A stretch of 64,000 nucleotides of DNA, from assembly GCA_044223005.1 (NCBI GenBank), contig JBGAML010000014.1:1-64000 (forward strand). The letters run 5' to 3'. Below are positions 37,944 to 46,900 of the stretch, piece after piece. Within the stretch, counting starts at the first letter, position 1. Each line of letters starts with the position of its first letter. The translations under genes and the position numbers were made by a program. Origin of the DNA: Candidatus Eiseniibacteriota bacterium. Lineage in GTDB: Bacteria > Eisenbacteria > RBG-16-71-46. Below the pieces are notes generated by a model. It did no database searches. It had not been told where the DNA came from and worked only from the letters and a program-made list of their open reading frames with translations.

Positions 37944-37984
37944 GCCCGGGCGCGCGGCGGGCGTCACGCACTGTTGTCGCGGCC

Positions 37985-38743
37985 TCAACCGTTCAGGATC
38001 CCCCGCACCGCCAGCGCGATGGCTCCGGCCGTGACGATCGACAGCAGCGTGCCGGTGAGGAAATACTCGGCGAACTCGCGGTCGTCGAGGCTGCGGAAGC
38101 GTGCGAGCCCCTTGATCCCGATCACCACGCCGAGCGCGCCGTAGTCGTCGCGCAGCATCAGCGCGAACACGAGCAGTCGCTCCAGCAGGCCGATCACACG
38201 GCCACGGGCGTACTCCTTGCGGCCGACCTCGGGTCCCTGTGCGGGATTCTCACTCGCGGGACGCAGTTCGAAGCGCTCGATCAGGCCGCGCACGAGCAGG
38301 TTCGCCTCGTTCAGGCTCAGCAATGCCCCGGCGAGGCCGATGAACACGGTCCTCGCGTCCATCCGCCGCATCCAGGTGAGCGGCAGGAAGTACGCGGACG
38401 CGCGCTCCACCGCGGAGGCGAGTTCGGGCCGGAAACCCATGCCGAGGAACGGCGCACTGGCGATCCCGAAGCCGGCGGCGACCACGGGCAGGCCCGCCAG
38501 CCGCTGCAGCGGGCTCGCGCCGGGGCCGCGCGGGCGTTCGGTCCACGCTTCCCACGCGGCGCCGAGCAGGATCGCGAGCGCCGCGAGCGCGATCGCGGGT
38601 GCCGGCGCGAGCGCGAGCAATGCGATCAGTTGAACGAGCGTCGCCACGGCGATCGCGCGGTGCGGCGCGCGCTCGTCGCCCACGAACAGCGCCAGGCGTG
38701 CGAGCAGGGCCACGTCCAACAGGTAGGCGAACGCGAGGTTCAC
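37985..38743 (-). CDS. Multi-TM protein with a SatE/DUF3307-associated C-terminal motif
   Basis: GRVIGLLERLL..KGLARF..FAEYFLTGTLLS; GTG overlaps the SatD stop (GTGA). Confidence 0.75.
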   Translation of the reverse strand: MNLAFAYLLDVALLARLALFVGDERAPHRAIAVATLVQLIALLALAPAPAIALAALAILLGAAWEAWTERPRGPGASPLQRLAGLPVVAAGFGIASAPFLGMGFRPELASAVERASAYFLPLTWMRRMDARTVFIGLAGALLSLNEANLLVRGLIERFELRPASENPAQGPEVGRKEYARGRVIGLLERLLVFALMLRDDYGALGVVIGIKGLARFRSLDDREFAEYFLTGTLLSIVTAGAIALAVRGILNG

Positions 38744-39369
38744 GCCGCGGGACTCCCGCGATCGATCACGCGGGTCACCTCGCGACAGATCTCGAGCACG
38801 CTGCCGAGCGCGCCGGCCTGGATGTTCTTGTAGATCGCCGCCGGCGTCAGGCGCATGGCGCGGGCGATCTCCGCCACCTCCTGCCCGTCGAACAGCCGCC
38901 GCGCCACTTCGAACCGGTTGGGCTTCCAGCCGTCGGCCGAGTGCCCCACCAGCTCCAGCGCAGGACGCACCCAGGCCTCCGCCGGGCCCGTGGGCATCTC
39001 CAGGCGCAGGGTGCCACCCGATTCCTTCAGCGCCTGCATGCCGTCGCGGGCGCGATGGAACGCGGGCCCGTCCATGCCGATGGCCTGGCGCGGGTTGATC
39101 ACCGTCGTGATCTCTCCCGCGGCGATCACATAACGGACGCGATGCGGGTGCACCGCCCGACGCAGCTCGAACGCGTCGCGGAACACGTGCCCGGCGTTGC
39201 GATAGACCGCCTGGAACTCGTCGCCCAGCGTCACGGTCCACGGCGAGAGCAGGTCCCTGCGCCCCTGCCCCAACGCCGCGATCGCCCGGGCGAGGCGCTT
39301 CTGGAACGCCCGGCGGTCCACGATCTGCCGTGAACTCACCAGGTCCGCGAGAACGACGATCACGTGCAT
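38740..39369 (-). CDS. SatD-family protein (nucleotide-cyclase-like palm plus C-terminal HTH)
   Basis: ADLVSSR, TLGDEFQ and GMDGPAFHRAR motifs; HTH VAEIARAMRLTPAAIYKNI. Confidence 0.85.
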   Translation of the reverse strand: MHVIVVLADLVSSRQIVDRRAFQKRLARAIAALGQGRRDLLSPWTVTLGDEFQAVYRNAGHVFRDAFELRRAVHPHRVRYVIAAGEITTVINPRQAIGMDGPAFHRARDGMQALKESGGTLRLEMPTGPAEAWVRPALELVGHSADGWKPNRFEVARRLFDGQEVAEIARAMRLTPAAIYKNIQAGALGSVLEICREVTRVIDRGSPAA

Positions 39370-39373
39370 GGGG

Positions 39374-39462
39374 AGACTATCGGCGGGCCGCGGCGCCTTG
39401 TCAACCAAAATGGTTGAATCTTGTCGTTTCAACCACTTCGGTTGAAAGCGACCTTTTCAACC
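39374..39462 (-). promoter_or_regulatory. SatD promoter with a 28-bp-periodic TCAACC-N5-GGTTGA operator array
   Basis: TTGACA (39399-39404), 17 nt, GATAGT. Palindromes at 39401-39417 and 39427-39447; half-site at 39457-39462. Confidence 0.75.
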
Positions 39463-39678
39463 GGAACCCGCCGGCTGGCCGCATCCCCGCATCGAGTGCG
39501 CCCTCGCCCGTCCGCGGGCGCACTCCCCCGCACCGACCTGGCGGCCTCGCGATGCATGCGGGCCGGGGACCGCGGGAAGCCTCGCCGTCGAGGTCGCGTG
39601 TCGGGTGGTGCCGGACCACGGTGAGATGGCGGCGCCAGTCGGGCACCTCGCCTCACCGGCGTGCAGCGGCCTCATGCG

Positions 39679-42600
39679 TCAGCGAGTGACGATGGCCCGG
39701 GCGGAGATCTGCCGCGACGCCTGGATGAGGGTCGCCCAGTAGACTCCGGGTGGAATCGAGGCGGTGTCGAACAGCAGTTCGCGTGCGCCCGACGCGGGAA
39801 CAGTGAAGTGCTGGCTCGCGACCCTCCTTCCGGTGACATCGACGAGGTCCAGCCTTGCCGCACCCGCACCCGGGAGTTCGACGCCGAAGCGAAGCCTGCC
39901 GGTGTCGTTCCCGGCCAGCAGGCGAAGCGCGAAGCGGGGAGAGTCGGGAAGATCGACCCACACCTGTCCGAAGAACTGTTCCCCCGAAGGTGTCGGGATG
40001 CCGATGCGGTATTCGTAACTCCGGCCCGGAAGCGCGGCGAGATCGGTCCAGCGCAGCAGCCCGTTCGGATCCGCGGTGATGGTGCCCGCAGGCTCCCATC
40101 CGCCCGGGACCGGCCTCCGGTAGAGACTCATGGACTCGTTCGCACCGTCGGGCGAATACCAGGTGAGGCGTGGGTGGCCCTCCACGATCTCGGATCCGAC
40201 CAGCGTGACCACGGTCGCAGTCGAGGGATCGACGGCTCGATCCCAGATTCCCCGTCCATAGGTCGCGATGCGCAGGATCCGTTGCGAGGGCTGCAGCGAC
40301 ATGCCGAAGACGGCGACCACGGGCATGCCGGTCGTGTAGGGCGACCAGGAAAGGCCACCGTCCTCGCTCGCGAAGACGCCGATGTCGGTACCCGCCCACA
40401 GCCGTGACGGCTCCTGGGAATCCACCTCCAGGGCGTTCAGGGGAACGTCCGGCAGGCCGGAGCCCGAAGGAACCCAGGTCGGCGATCCTGTCCGGAGGTT
40501 CGAGGTCTTCCAGAGGTGATGTCCATCGGGTATCCCGAAACCACCGAAGCACACGTACGCGATGTCCGGATTCGTCGGATCGATCGCGACCCGCGCGACG
40601 TACTTCGAGAGGGGCATGGCCGGACTCGTCCAGTCCTGGAGCACGTTCGAGCCCGTCACGGTGCCCATGATCCTGACGTTCACGCTCCCGCCGCTGACAA
40701 CGTTGGTGTTGCTGGTCGCCACCAGCCGAATCGAGTCGTCGGACGCCGCGATGGCCACGGCGGTGATCGGGACCCCGACGCCGTTGATCGGGGCCTGGCT
40801 GACGGTCGGGTTCGTCGATCCGCCATCCACCGACCGGTGCAGCCGATCGGTCGCGAAGTAGATCGTATTGAACGGAGTCCCGGGTCCACGCACCAGCGGC
40901 GCGAGATAATCGCAGTACTCGGTCAGGGCGATCCCGTTTGCGCCGTTGCCCACCATCTCCCACTGCCCATCGGTCGCCCTCGAGGTGTTCGTCGCGCGCA
41001 CGTACGCCACCAGCGAGGCGCGGAGCGTGAAGTACGTGTGATACATCCTCACGTTCGTCATGTCGGTGGCATTCTGGTCGATCACCACCGCGCCACCATC
41101 TCCGTAGTCCGCCCGGAACCACGATCCGCCGGGCTGGAGCCAGTTCGTGCCGTTGTCCTGGGTGCCGCCGAGCGTGAACAGGCCATCGAGCGGATGCGTG
41201 GCGACGCTGTAGAACTGCGTGGCACTCACGCCGGAGTTGAGGCTCGCCCAACTCGCGCCACCATCGAGGGACTTGTAGATCCCGCCGTCGTTGGCCTCAT
41301 AGACGATGGAGGGATCCGACGGAGCGAACGCGATCGCGTGTGCGTCCGCATGCAGGCCGGCATCGGCCGAACCGGGAGCGCTGAAGGTCGCCCCACCGTC
41401 GGTGGAGCGAGCGAAGACCCGGGAGCACGTGCCATTGGCGGACCCCCCGATGAGGATCACGTCCGGGTCGGTCGGGCTGAGCGCGATGGGAATGTCGTAG
41501 AAACACTGTTGTCCGCAGAATCCGCCCCCGCCGAAGAGCTTGGCGGACCAGCTGACGCCCCCGTCGAGAGACCGGCGAAGGCACCCGTTCGCCGTGGTGC
41601 ATCCCGTGCCGTTGGCCAGTTCGCCCGTCGCGACGAGCATCAGCGTCGAGCCACCGGCGCGAGTGACCGCGAACGCTCCCCGGGCACTGTTCGTGGTCGT
41701 CGAGAAGGTCTGCGTGAACGTCGGATGGGCCGCTTTCGCGTCCGTCGTGCGCCAGATCCCGCCGTCGAGCAGGACCGAGGTGCCCAGGACCCAGCAGACG
41801 ATCGTGTTGTACGAAGGATCGGCCGGGTCGTACTCCATGTCGTTGACGATGCGATCGCCGGTCGTGTCAGGCGGAATGCTGGCCTGGCGCAGGACCGTAA
41901 GCTTCGCGAAGTCGGGGTTCTCGGACGTGGCATTGGTCGAGCGGTAGATGCCCCGGATCGCCATGGCCGGCGGCGCCGCGTCGAGGAACTCCGCTCCAAC
42001 CCCTCCGCGGCCGCTTCCGGTGGAGACGAACACGATCGCCGGGTCGTTCGGGTCTACCAGGATCCGGCTGATCGACCGGCCGGTGAACGTGTGCGCGCCG
42101 ATCACGTCCGTCGTCGGCACCGGATCGAAGGGCCCGTGGAGCACGGCGGCACCGGCGGGGTCCTCGATGCGGTACAAGCCGACGCCGAAGAACCCGCTTC
42201 CGAAGTTGGCCTCTCCCGTCCCGACGTAGAGGATCGAAGGATCCGATGGCGCCAGCGCCAGCGAGCCGATTGCGAGCGATGCTGCCGTGTCGAATATCGG
42301 TGTCCAATTAGCGCCACCGTCGAGTGTCCGCCAGACGCCGCCCAGCGCGGCCCCGATGTAGACGATGTCGGGGTTCGTCGGATGGACCACGATGGCCGTG
42401 ATGCGTCCGCTGACGGACGTGCTGATGGCGGTCGTCTGTCCGTTCGGGATCGGCGCCGGACCGACCGGTTCCCAGTGCGACGACGCCGTGAACGGCACCT
42501 GACGACCGACCTGGAGCTTCATCCGGGCGATGGCGTCCAATCGCGCGTGCAGCGCGTCTCCGTCGCCGCTGCTCATGCGCCGCGCGAGATAGAGTTCGCG

Positions 42601-42795
42601 CAGCCGGAGAATCTCGGCCTTGTCGAACGCACCCGCGATTCCCGCGGGGACGTCCGGGTCGGCTTCGAACGCCGCGATGACGGAGGGCCCGGGGGCGATG
42701 GACGCACGAGTCGCCGGAGCTGATTCGGCCGGGGCGCCGTGCCAACCCATCACGATTCCGATGACGACCAGGCACGGGAACAATACGCGGCGCAT
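39679..42795 (-). CDS. Secreted BNR/VPS10-like beta-propeller protein with a T9SS/FlgD-like C-terminal domain
   Basis: Signal peptide; many SxDGGxxW Asp-boxes; GTGEAN, HADAH and GGTQDNG motifs; CTD LDLVDVTGRRV..PGVYW. Confidence 0.85.
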   Translation of the reverse strand: MRRVLFPCLVVIGIVMGWHGAPAESAPATRASIAPGPSVIAAFEADPDVPAGIAGAFDKAEILRLRELYLARRMSSGDGDALHARLDAIARMKLQVGRQVPFTASSHWEPVGPAPIPNGQTTAISTSVSGRITAIVVHPTNPDIVYIGAALGGVWRTLDGGANWTPIFDTAASLAIGSLALAPSDPSILYVGTGEANFGSGFFGVGLYRIEDPAGAAVLHGPFDPVPTTDVIGAHTFTGRSISRILVDPNDPAIVFVSTGSGRGGVGAEFLDAAPPAMAIRGIYRSTNATSENPDFAKLTVLRQASIPPDTTGDRIVNDMEYDPADPSYNTIVCWVLGTSVLLDGGIWRTTDAKAAHPTFTQTFSTTTNSARGAFAVTRAGGSTLMLVATGELANGTGCTTANGCLRRSLDGGVSWSAKLFGGGGFCGQQCFYDIPIALSPTDPDVILIGGSANGTCSRVFARSTDGGATFSAPGSADAGLHADAHAIAFAPSDPSIVYEANDGGIYKSLDGGASWASLNSGVSATQFYSVATHPLDGLFTLGGTQDNGTNWLQPGGSWFRADYGDGGAVVIDQNATDMTNVRMYHTYFTLRASLVAYVRATNTSRATDGQWEMVGNGANGIALTEYCDYLAPLVRGPGTPFNTIYFATDRLHRSVDGGSTNPTVSQAPINGVGVPITAVAIAASDDSIRLVATSNTNVVSGGSVNVRIMGTVTGSNVLQDWTSPAMPLSKYVARVAIDPTNPDIAYVCFGGFGIPDGHHLWKTSNLRTGSPTWVPSGSGLPDVPLNALEVDSQEPSRLWAGTDIGVFASEDGGLSWSPYTTGMPVVAVFGMSLQPSQRILRIATYGRGIWDRAVDPSTATVVTLVGSEIVEGHPRLTWYSPDGANESMSLYRRPVPGGWEPAGTITADPNGLLRWTDLAALPGRSYEYRIGIPTPSGEQFFGQVWVDLPDSPRFALRLLAGNDTGRLRFGVELPGAGAARLDLVDVTGRRVASQHFTVPASGARELLFDTASIPPGVYWATLIQASRQISARAIVTR

Positions 42796-43095
42796 GCGAC
42801 GAACTCCTCGAGGATCCCGGTCCGGATCGATCGATTCCGTGCGAACACGCTCGCCCAAGGGCGAATACGAAACGTACGGACATGATCTTACTCCCCGCGT
42901 GAAAGGAAATCGCGGCGAGAAGGAGACCTGGGCTCCGCTCGCTCGTGCCACCGGCTGCCAGCGCGCGGCCGGCCCCGCGCCCCTCAACTCCCCCGCTCAC
43001 CCGGCCGAAAACCCCTGCGAACGCGTGCGGCCCGGGGCAGCGACGTCCCGGTCGGCGCGCGTCGGCCCTGCCCTCGGAAGACAGGGAGTCGCAGC

Positions 43096-43884
43096 ATGGC
43101 GGCGATCGCGACCTCGCCCCGCGTACGGGCGAAGGACTTCGACACGGACTGGCTCCCCGCCCGTACCGCGGAGTTCCACGAAGCGTTCCGCATCCACCGC
43201 AAGCTCTGGGAGTTCGCGGTGATCGCGCAGGTCTACCTCGACGAGATCGGCCAGGGCGGCACGGCGCTGGGCTTCGGCTGCGGGCGCGAACCTCTGCCGG
43301 CGTGGCTCGCGAACCGCGGCTGCCGCGTGATCGCGACCGACGTCGAGCTCGAGAACGCGGACGACTGGGTGGGCTCGAAGCAGCATTCGGGCGGCCTCGC
43401 CGACCTGCCGGTCGAGGGCATCTGCGATCCGGCCCGCTTCCGCAAGCTCGTCTCCTTCATGCCCATGAACATGAACGAGATTCCCGAGACGTTCCTGCAG
43501 GGCACGTTCGACTTCACGTGGTCCGCGGGCTCGTTCGAGCACATTGGGGGCATCGAGAAGAGCCTGCAGTTCTTCCTCAAGCAGATGCAGTGCCTGAAGC
43601 CCGGCGGGCTCGCGGTGCACACGACCGAGTTCAACTTCGCGAGCAACACGCGCACGATCGAGACGAACAACCTCGTGCTGCTCCGCCAGCGCGACTTCGA
43701 GGACCTCGAGCGTCGTCTGGCGGCCCAGGGCGACGAACTTTGGCCGCTGGACCTGGTCCGCGGCGACCAGCCGGCCGACCTGTACGTTGACCCGTGGCCC
43801 TACACGGGAGAGCATCACCTCAACCTCGAGGTGGTCGATCAGGTGAGCACGTCGATCCTGCTCGTCGCCCGTCGCGGCGGCTGA
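43096..43884 (+). CDS. Class I SAM-dependent methyltransferase
   Basis: LGFGCGREP, VIATD, FDFTWSAGSFEH, LKPGG; GGGAG RBS. Confidence 0.85.
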   Translation: MAAIATSPRVRAKDFDTDWLPARTAEFHEAFRIHRKLWEFAVIAQVYLDEIGQGGTALGFGCGREPLPAWLANRGCRVIATDVELENADDWVGSKQHSGGLADLPVEGICDPARFRKLVSFMPMNMNEIPETFLQGTFDFTWSAGSFEHIGGIEKSLQFFLKQMQCLKPGGLAVHTTEFNFASNTRTIETNNLVLLRQRDFEDLERRLAAQGDELWPLDLVRGDQPADLYVDPWPYTGEHHLNLEVVDQVSTSILLVARRGG

Positions 43885-43926
43885 GCGAGCGATGGCCTCC
43901 CGCCCCGCCTCGGGGCGGGAGGTCTC

Positions 43927-45288
43927 ATGCGACTCGAACGACTCCGCTGCTTCGCTCCACTGCTGCTTGCCACGACGCTCGTGGCCGCTCCCCGGCATGA
44001 TGCTCTCGCCCGCAATGCCCTCCAGCAGCCGTTCTCGGCCTACTCGATCTGGAACACGCCGATCGGAGCGAACGCGCACTACGTCCCGGCGGGATTCGAC
44101 ACGACCGTGTGGGCCGGCGTCGACGTGGAATGGTGGGTCGTGACGGCTCCCGGTGATCCACGCCGCACGATTTGGAACGACCTCGCCGGCTGGAGCACGC
44201 ATCGCTGCGCGGGTACGAATGGCCCGACCGACTCGACGGCCTTCCCGGACCCGGTCGTCGTGCCGGACGTGAGCGGCGGCAACACGCCGAACAACTGCGC
44301 GGCGATTCTGCAACCCGACGGCCGCACGCTGGTCCAGGTCAACGCACTCGCGCGCTGCGCCGCCGCGGGCCCCGTCTATGGCGTGCCCACGGGAGTGCGC
44401 GAGGACCTCTACGGTCTCGGCGTGACCGGCGGCCACGGCGGCTCGCTGCTCTCCAGCATCGGAGGCACGCTGCGCATGGGCGAACTCGTGTCCGCGGACT
44501 CGATCCGTCACGCGCTCAAGCTCGTCGCGCCTTGCTGGAAGTACGCGTGGCCGGACAGCGGCGGCTACCGATGGCCGGCGGCCAAGAGCGACGACTGCAC
44601 GAGCCACGACTGCACCGCGACGCGCTACCACGGCTCGAATCCCGCCGTCCGGATGGGCGCCCTCGTTGCGATTCCCTGGAACACGACGGAGGCTACCTTC
44701 GGACTCGAGACCGAGGTGGGTCACAAGCTGTTCCGCGCCCTGAAGAGCTATGGGGCCTATCTCGTGGACGACTCGGGCGTCGGCTGGGGAGCGTTCTCCC
44801 TCTGTATGGAACGCGGTGCTCGGGAGGAGGCTCAATCGCATTTCGGCTACACCGTCGACACCAACGACACGACCTCGCCCTACTTCCGAGACTTCCTGCG
44901 GTTGCTGCGCGCGCTGAACGTGGTCGACAACAACGCACCCGGCTCGATCGGCGGCGGCGGTTCGCTCCGAGCGCCGCGCGCCGCCGATCTCGTGCCACCG
45001 GCGGACGCTCCGATGCCGACGACCGCGCCGTTTTCGCTGACCGTCCGCGGCGCACCCACGGCGGCGGGCGTCCTCGAACTCGAGATGTCGGGTCCGGGCG
45101 GGGTTCCCTGTGACCTCACGATCTTCGGGATCGACGGACGCCGAATCGAGACGCTCCACCGTGGTGCGCTCGAGGGTGGTCGTCTCGTCGTCCGCTGGGA
45201 CGCTTCATCGCTCGCGCCCCAGGTGTGCTTCGCGCGCCTGACTTCACCTCAGGGCACGCTCGTTCGCAGGATCATTCGCCTGCGCTGA
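43927..45288 (+). CDS. Secreted hypothetical protein with a T9SS/FlgD-like CTD
   Basis: Signal peptide; PFSAYSIWNTPIG, GGHGGSLLSSIGGTLR and YGAYLVDD; CTD LTIFGIDGRRIETL..VRWD. Confidence 0.75.
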   Translation: MRLERLRCFAPLLLATTLVAAPRHDALARNALQQPFSAYSIWNTPIGANAHYVPAGFDTTVWAGVDVEWWVVTAPGDPRRTIWNDLAGWSTHRCAGTNGPTDSTAFPDPVVVPDVSGGNTPNNCAAILQPDGRTLVQVNALARCAAAGPVYGVPTGVREDLYGLGVTGGHGGSLLSSIGGTLRMGELVSADSIRHALKLVAPCWKYAWPDSGGYRWPAAKSDDCTSHDCTATRYHGSNPAVRMGALVAIPWNTTEATFGLETEVGHKLFRALKSYGAYLVDDSGVGWGAFSLCMERGAREEAQSHFGYTVDTNDTTSPYFRDFLRLLRALNVVDNNAPGSIGGGGSLRAPRAADLVPPADAPMPTTAPFSLTVRGAPTAAGVLELEMSGPGGVPCDLTIFGIDGRRIETLHRGALEGGRLVVRWDASSLAPQVCFARLTSPQGTLVRRIIRLR

Positions 45289-45309
45289 GCCGACCGCTGC
45301 GCGCCCCCG

Positions 45310-46683
45310 TCAGCGCTTCGCGTCCGCGAGCCGCAGCAGCGTCAGCGCGACGCGCCGGGCGTTGCGCGGCAGCACGCGCAGGTTGGCGGTCTCGCGATCG
45401 GTGTGGCCGCCGCCGCCCGAGAGCCCGACGCCGTCCATCACCATGGGCACGATCTCGCCCACGTGCGACACGTCGGCGGCGCCGGCGTCGTCGGGGTTGG
45501 TGGCCGTCACGGGTCCGTAGCCGAGGTCCTCGCTCGCGCGGCTGAACGTGGCGAGCAGCCGCTCGTGCGCGGGTGAACTCGGCAGCGCCGGATAGCCCTC
45601 GCCGAACGTCAGCGTGGCGTCCGTCATGGGCAGGTGCCTCGCGGCGATGCGCCGCAGGGTGGCCTGCGCGCGCTCGAACTGCTCGCGCGTCAGCGCGCGC
45701 AGGTCGCCGCTCACGTACGTGCTCTCGGCGACGATGTTGGCCTTGCCGGTCGCGCTCCCCCGGCCGCCCGGCTCGGGCGTGGCGTGGCCGCCGCCCAGCG
45801 CGAGTCCGGGATTGATCGTCAGGTGCGGCTCGCCGCGCAGCGAGTCACGGAACGCGGCGAGGATGCGCGCCATCTCGTAGATCGCGCCGTCGCCCACGCT
45901 GTCGCGGAAAATCTGCGATGAATGCGCGGCGTGTCCGGTGGTGCGCAGCGTCCAGCCGTACGAGCCGCGCCGCGCGATGAGCGCTTCGCGCGGGTCGTCG
46001 GAGCCGTCCTCGAACCCGAGCGCGACGTCGCAACCGCGCGCGGCCTCCAGCAGCGCGGCGTTCCGCAGCTCGCGCGGTGTGCCGGAGCGCTCCTCGTCGC
46101 CCATGAGCGCGAAGCGCACGTCGAAGCGATCCAGCGCCCTCGCGGCGGCGAGCGCGCGCAGCGCGAGCAGCGCGACCACGTCGCCGCCCTTCATGTCCGA
46201 CGTGCCGGGGCCCGACACGGTCGAGTCGTCGAGCCGCCGCCAGTGCTGGAACGGCGAGTCGCGCTCGAACACGGTGTCGAGATGCCCGACGAGCAGCACC
46301 TTGAGCTTCGCGTGCCGGCCGGGACGTGTCGCGACCAGGTGCCCGGCGCGGCCCCACGCGGTGCCGTCGATCCAGCGCACCTGGAAGCCGAGCGCGGTGA
46401 GATCGGGCGTCAACTGGTCGGCGACGGCGCGCACGCCCGAGAAGTTCATGGTGCCGCTGTTCTGGTCGACCATGCGCTCGAGCAGTTCAGTGGCGGCTGG
46501 AACGCCGGCGTCGACGGCGGCGACGACGCGTTGCTCGAGCGGTGAGAGCGCAGCCGCCCGCGCCGCGTGCGGGACGAGCCCGGACACGAGCGCCGCGGCC
46601 GCGAGCCACGCCGCGGCTCGCACCGCGGTGGGGGCTCCGGGTACGACGCGGACGCCGGGGAGCGCTTCGATCCATCGCGGCAT
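45310..46683 (-). CDS. M20 family metallopeptidase (carboxypeptidase G2-like), probably exported
   Basis: GHLDTVF, DMKGG, GDEE, GFE and GGHT; hydrophobic signal-like N-terminus. Confidence 0.88.
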   Translation of the reverse strand: MPRWIEALPGVRVVPGAPTAVRAAAWLAAAALVSGLVPHAARAAALSPLEQRVVAAVDAGVPAATELLERMVDQNSGTMNFSGVRAVADQLTPDLTALGFQVRWIDGTAWGRAGHLVATRPGRHAKLKVLLVGHLDTVFERDSPFQHWRRLDDSTVSGPGTSDMKGGDVVALLALRALAAARALDRFDVRFALMGDEERSGTPRELRNAALLEAARGCDVALGFEDGSDDPREALIARRGSYGWTLRTTGHAAHSSQIFRDSVGDGAIYEMARILAAFRDSLRGEPHLTINPGLALGGGHATPEPGGRGSATGKANIVAESTYVSGDLRALTREQFERAQATLRRIAARHLPMTDATLTFGEGYPALPSSPAHERLLATFSRASEDLGYGPVTATNPDDAGAADVSHVGEIVPMVMDGVGLSGGGGHTDRETANLRVLPRNARRVALTLLRLADAKR

Positions 46684-46900
46684 GGGACTCCTCCCCTGGA
46701 GGGTTCGGTCGCCGGCGCCGGGCGCCGGGCGGCGCAGTATCGCAGACCGGGGCGCCGGCGGGCAGCACCGACCGGCGCACGGAGGCCCGGAGGCCGCGTC
46801 CGTGGACTGGCGGGCCGCGGCGACGAACGCGGGTGCTACCCTGCCGCTCGTTCCACTGCCCGCGGCCGGGCAGCCGTGCCACCATCACCCGAGAGCGCCC

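Noticed and set aside
39401..39462. 28-bp periodic palindromes as a mini-CRISPR
   Set aside because: Only 2.5 units with very short spacers, overlapping a -35. An operator array explains them better.
36620..45300. Integrative element at tRNA-Leu
   Set aside because: No integrase or transposase, and I found no duplicate of the tRNA 3' end by eye.
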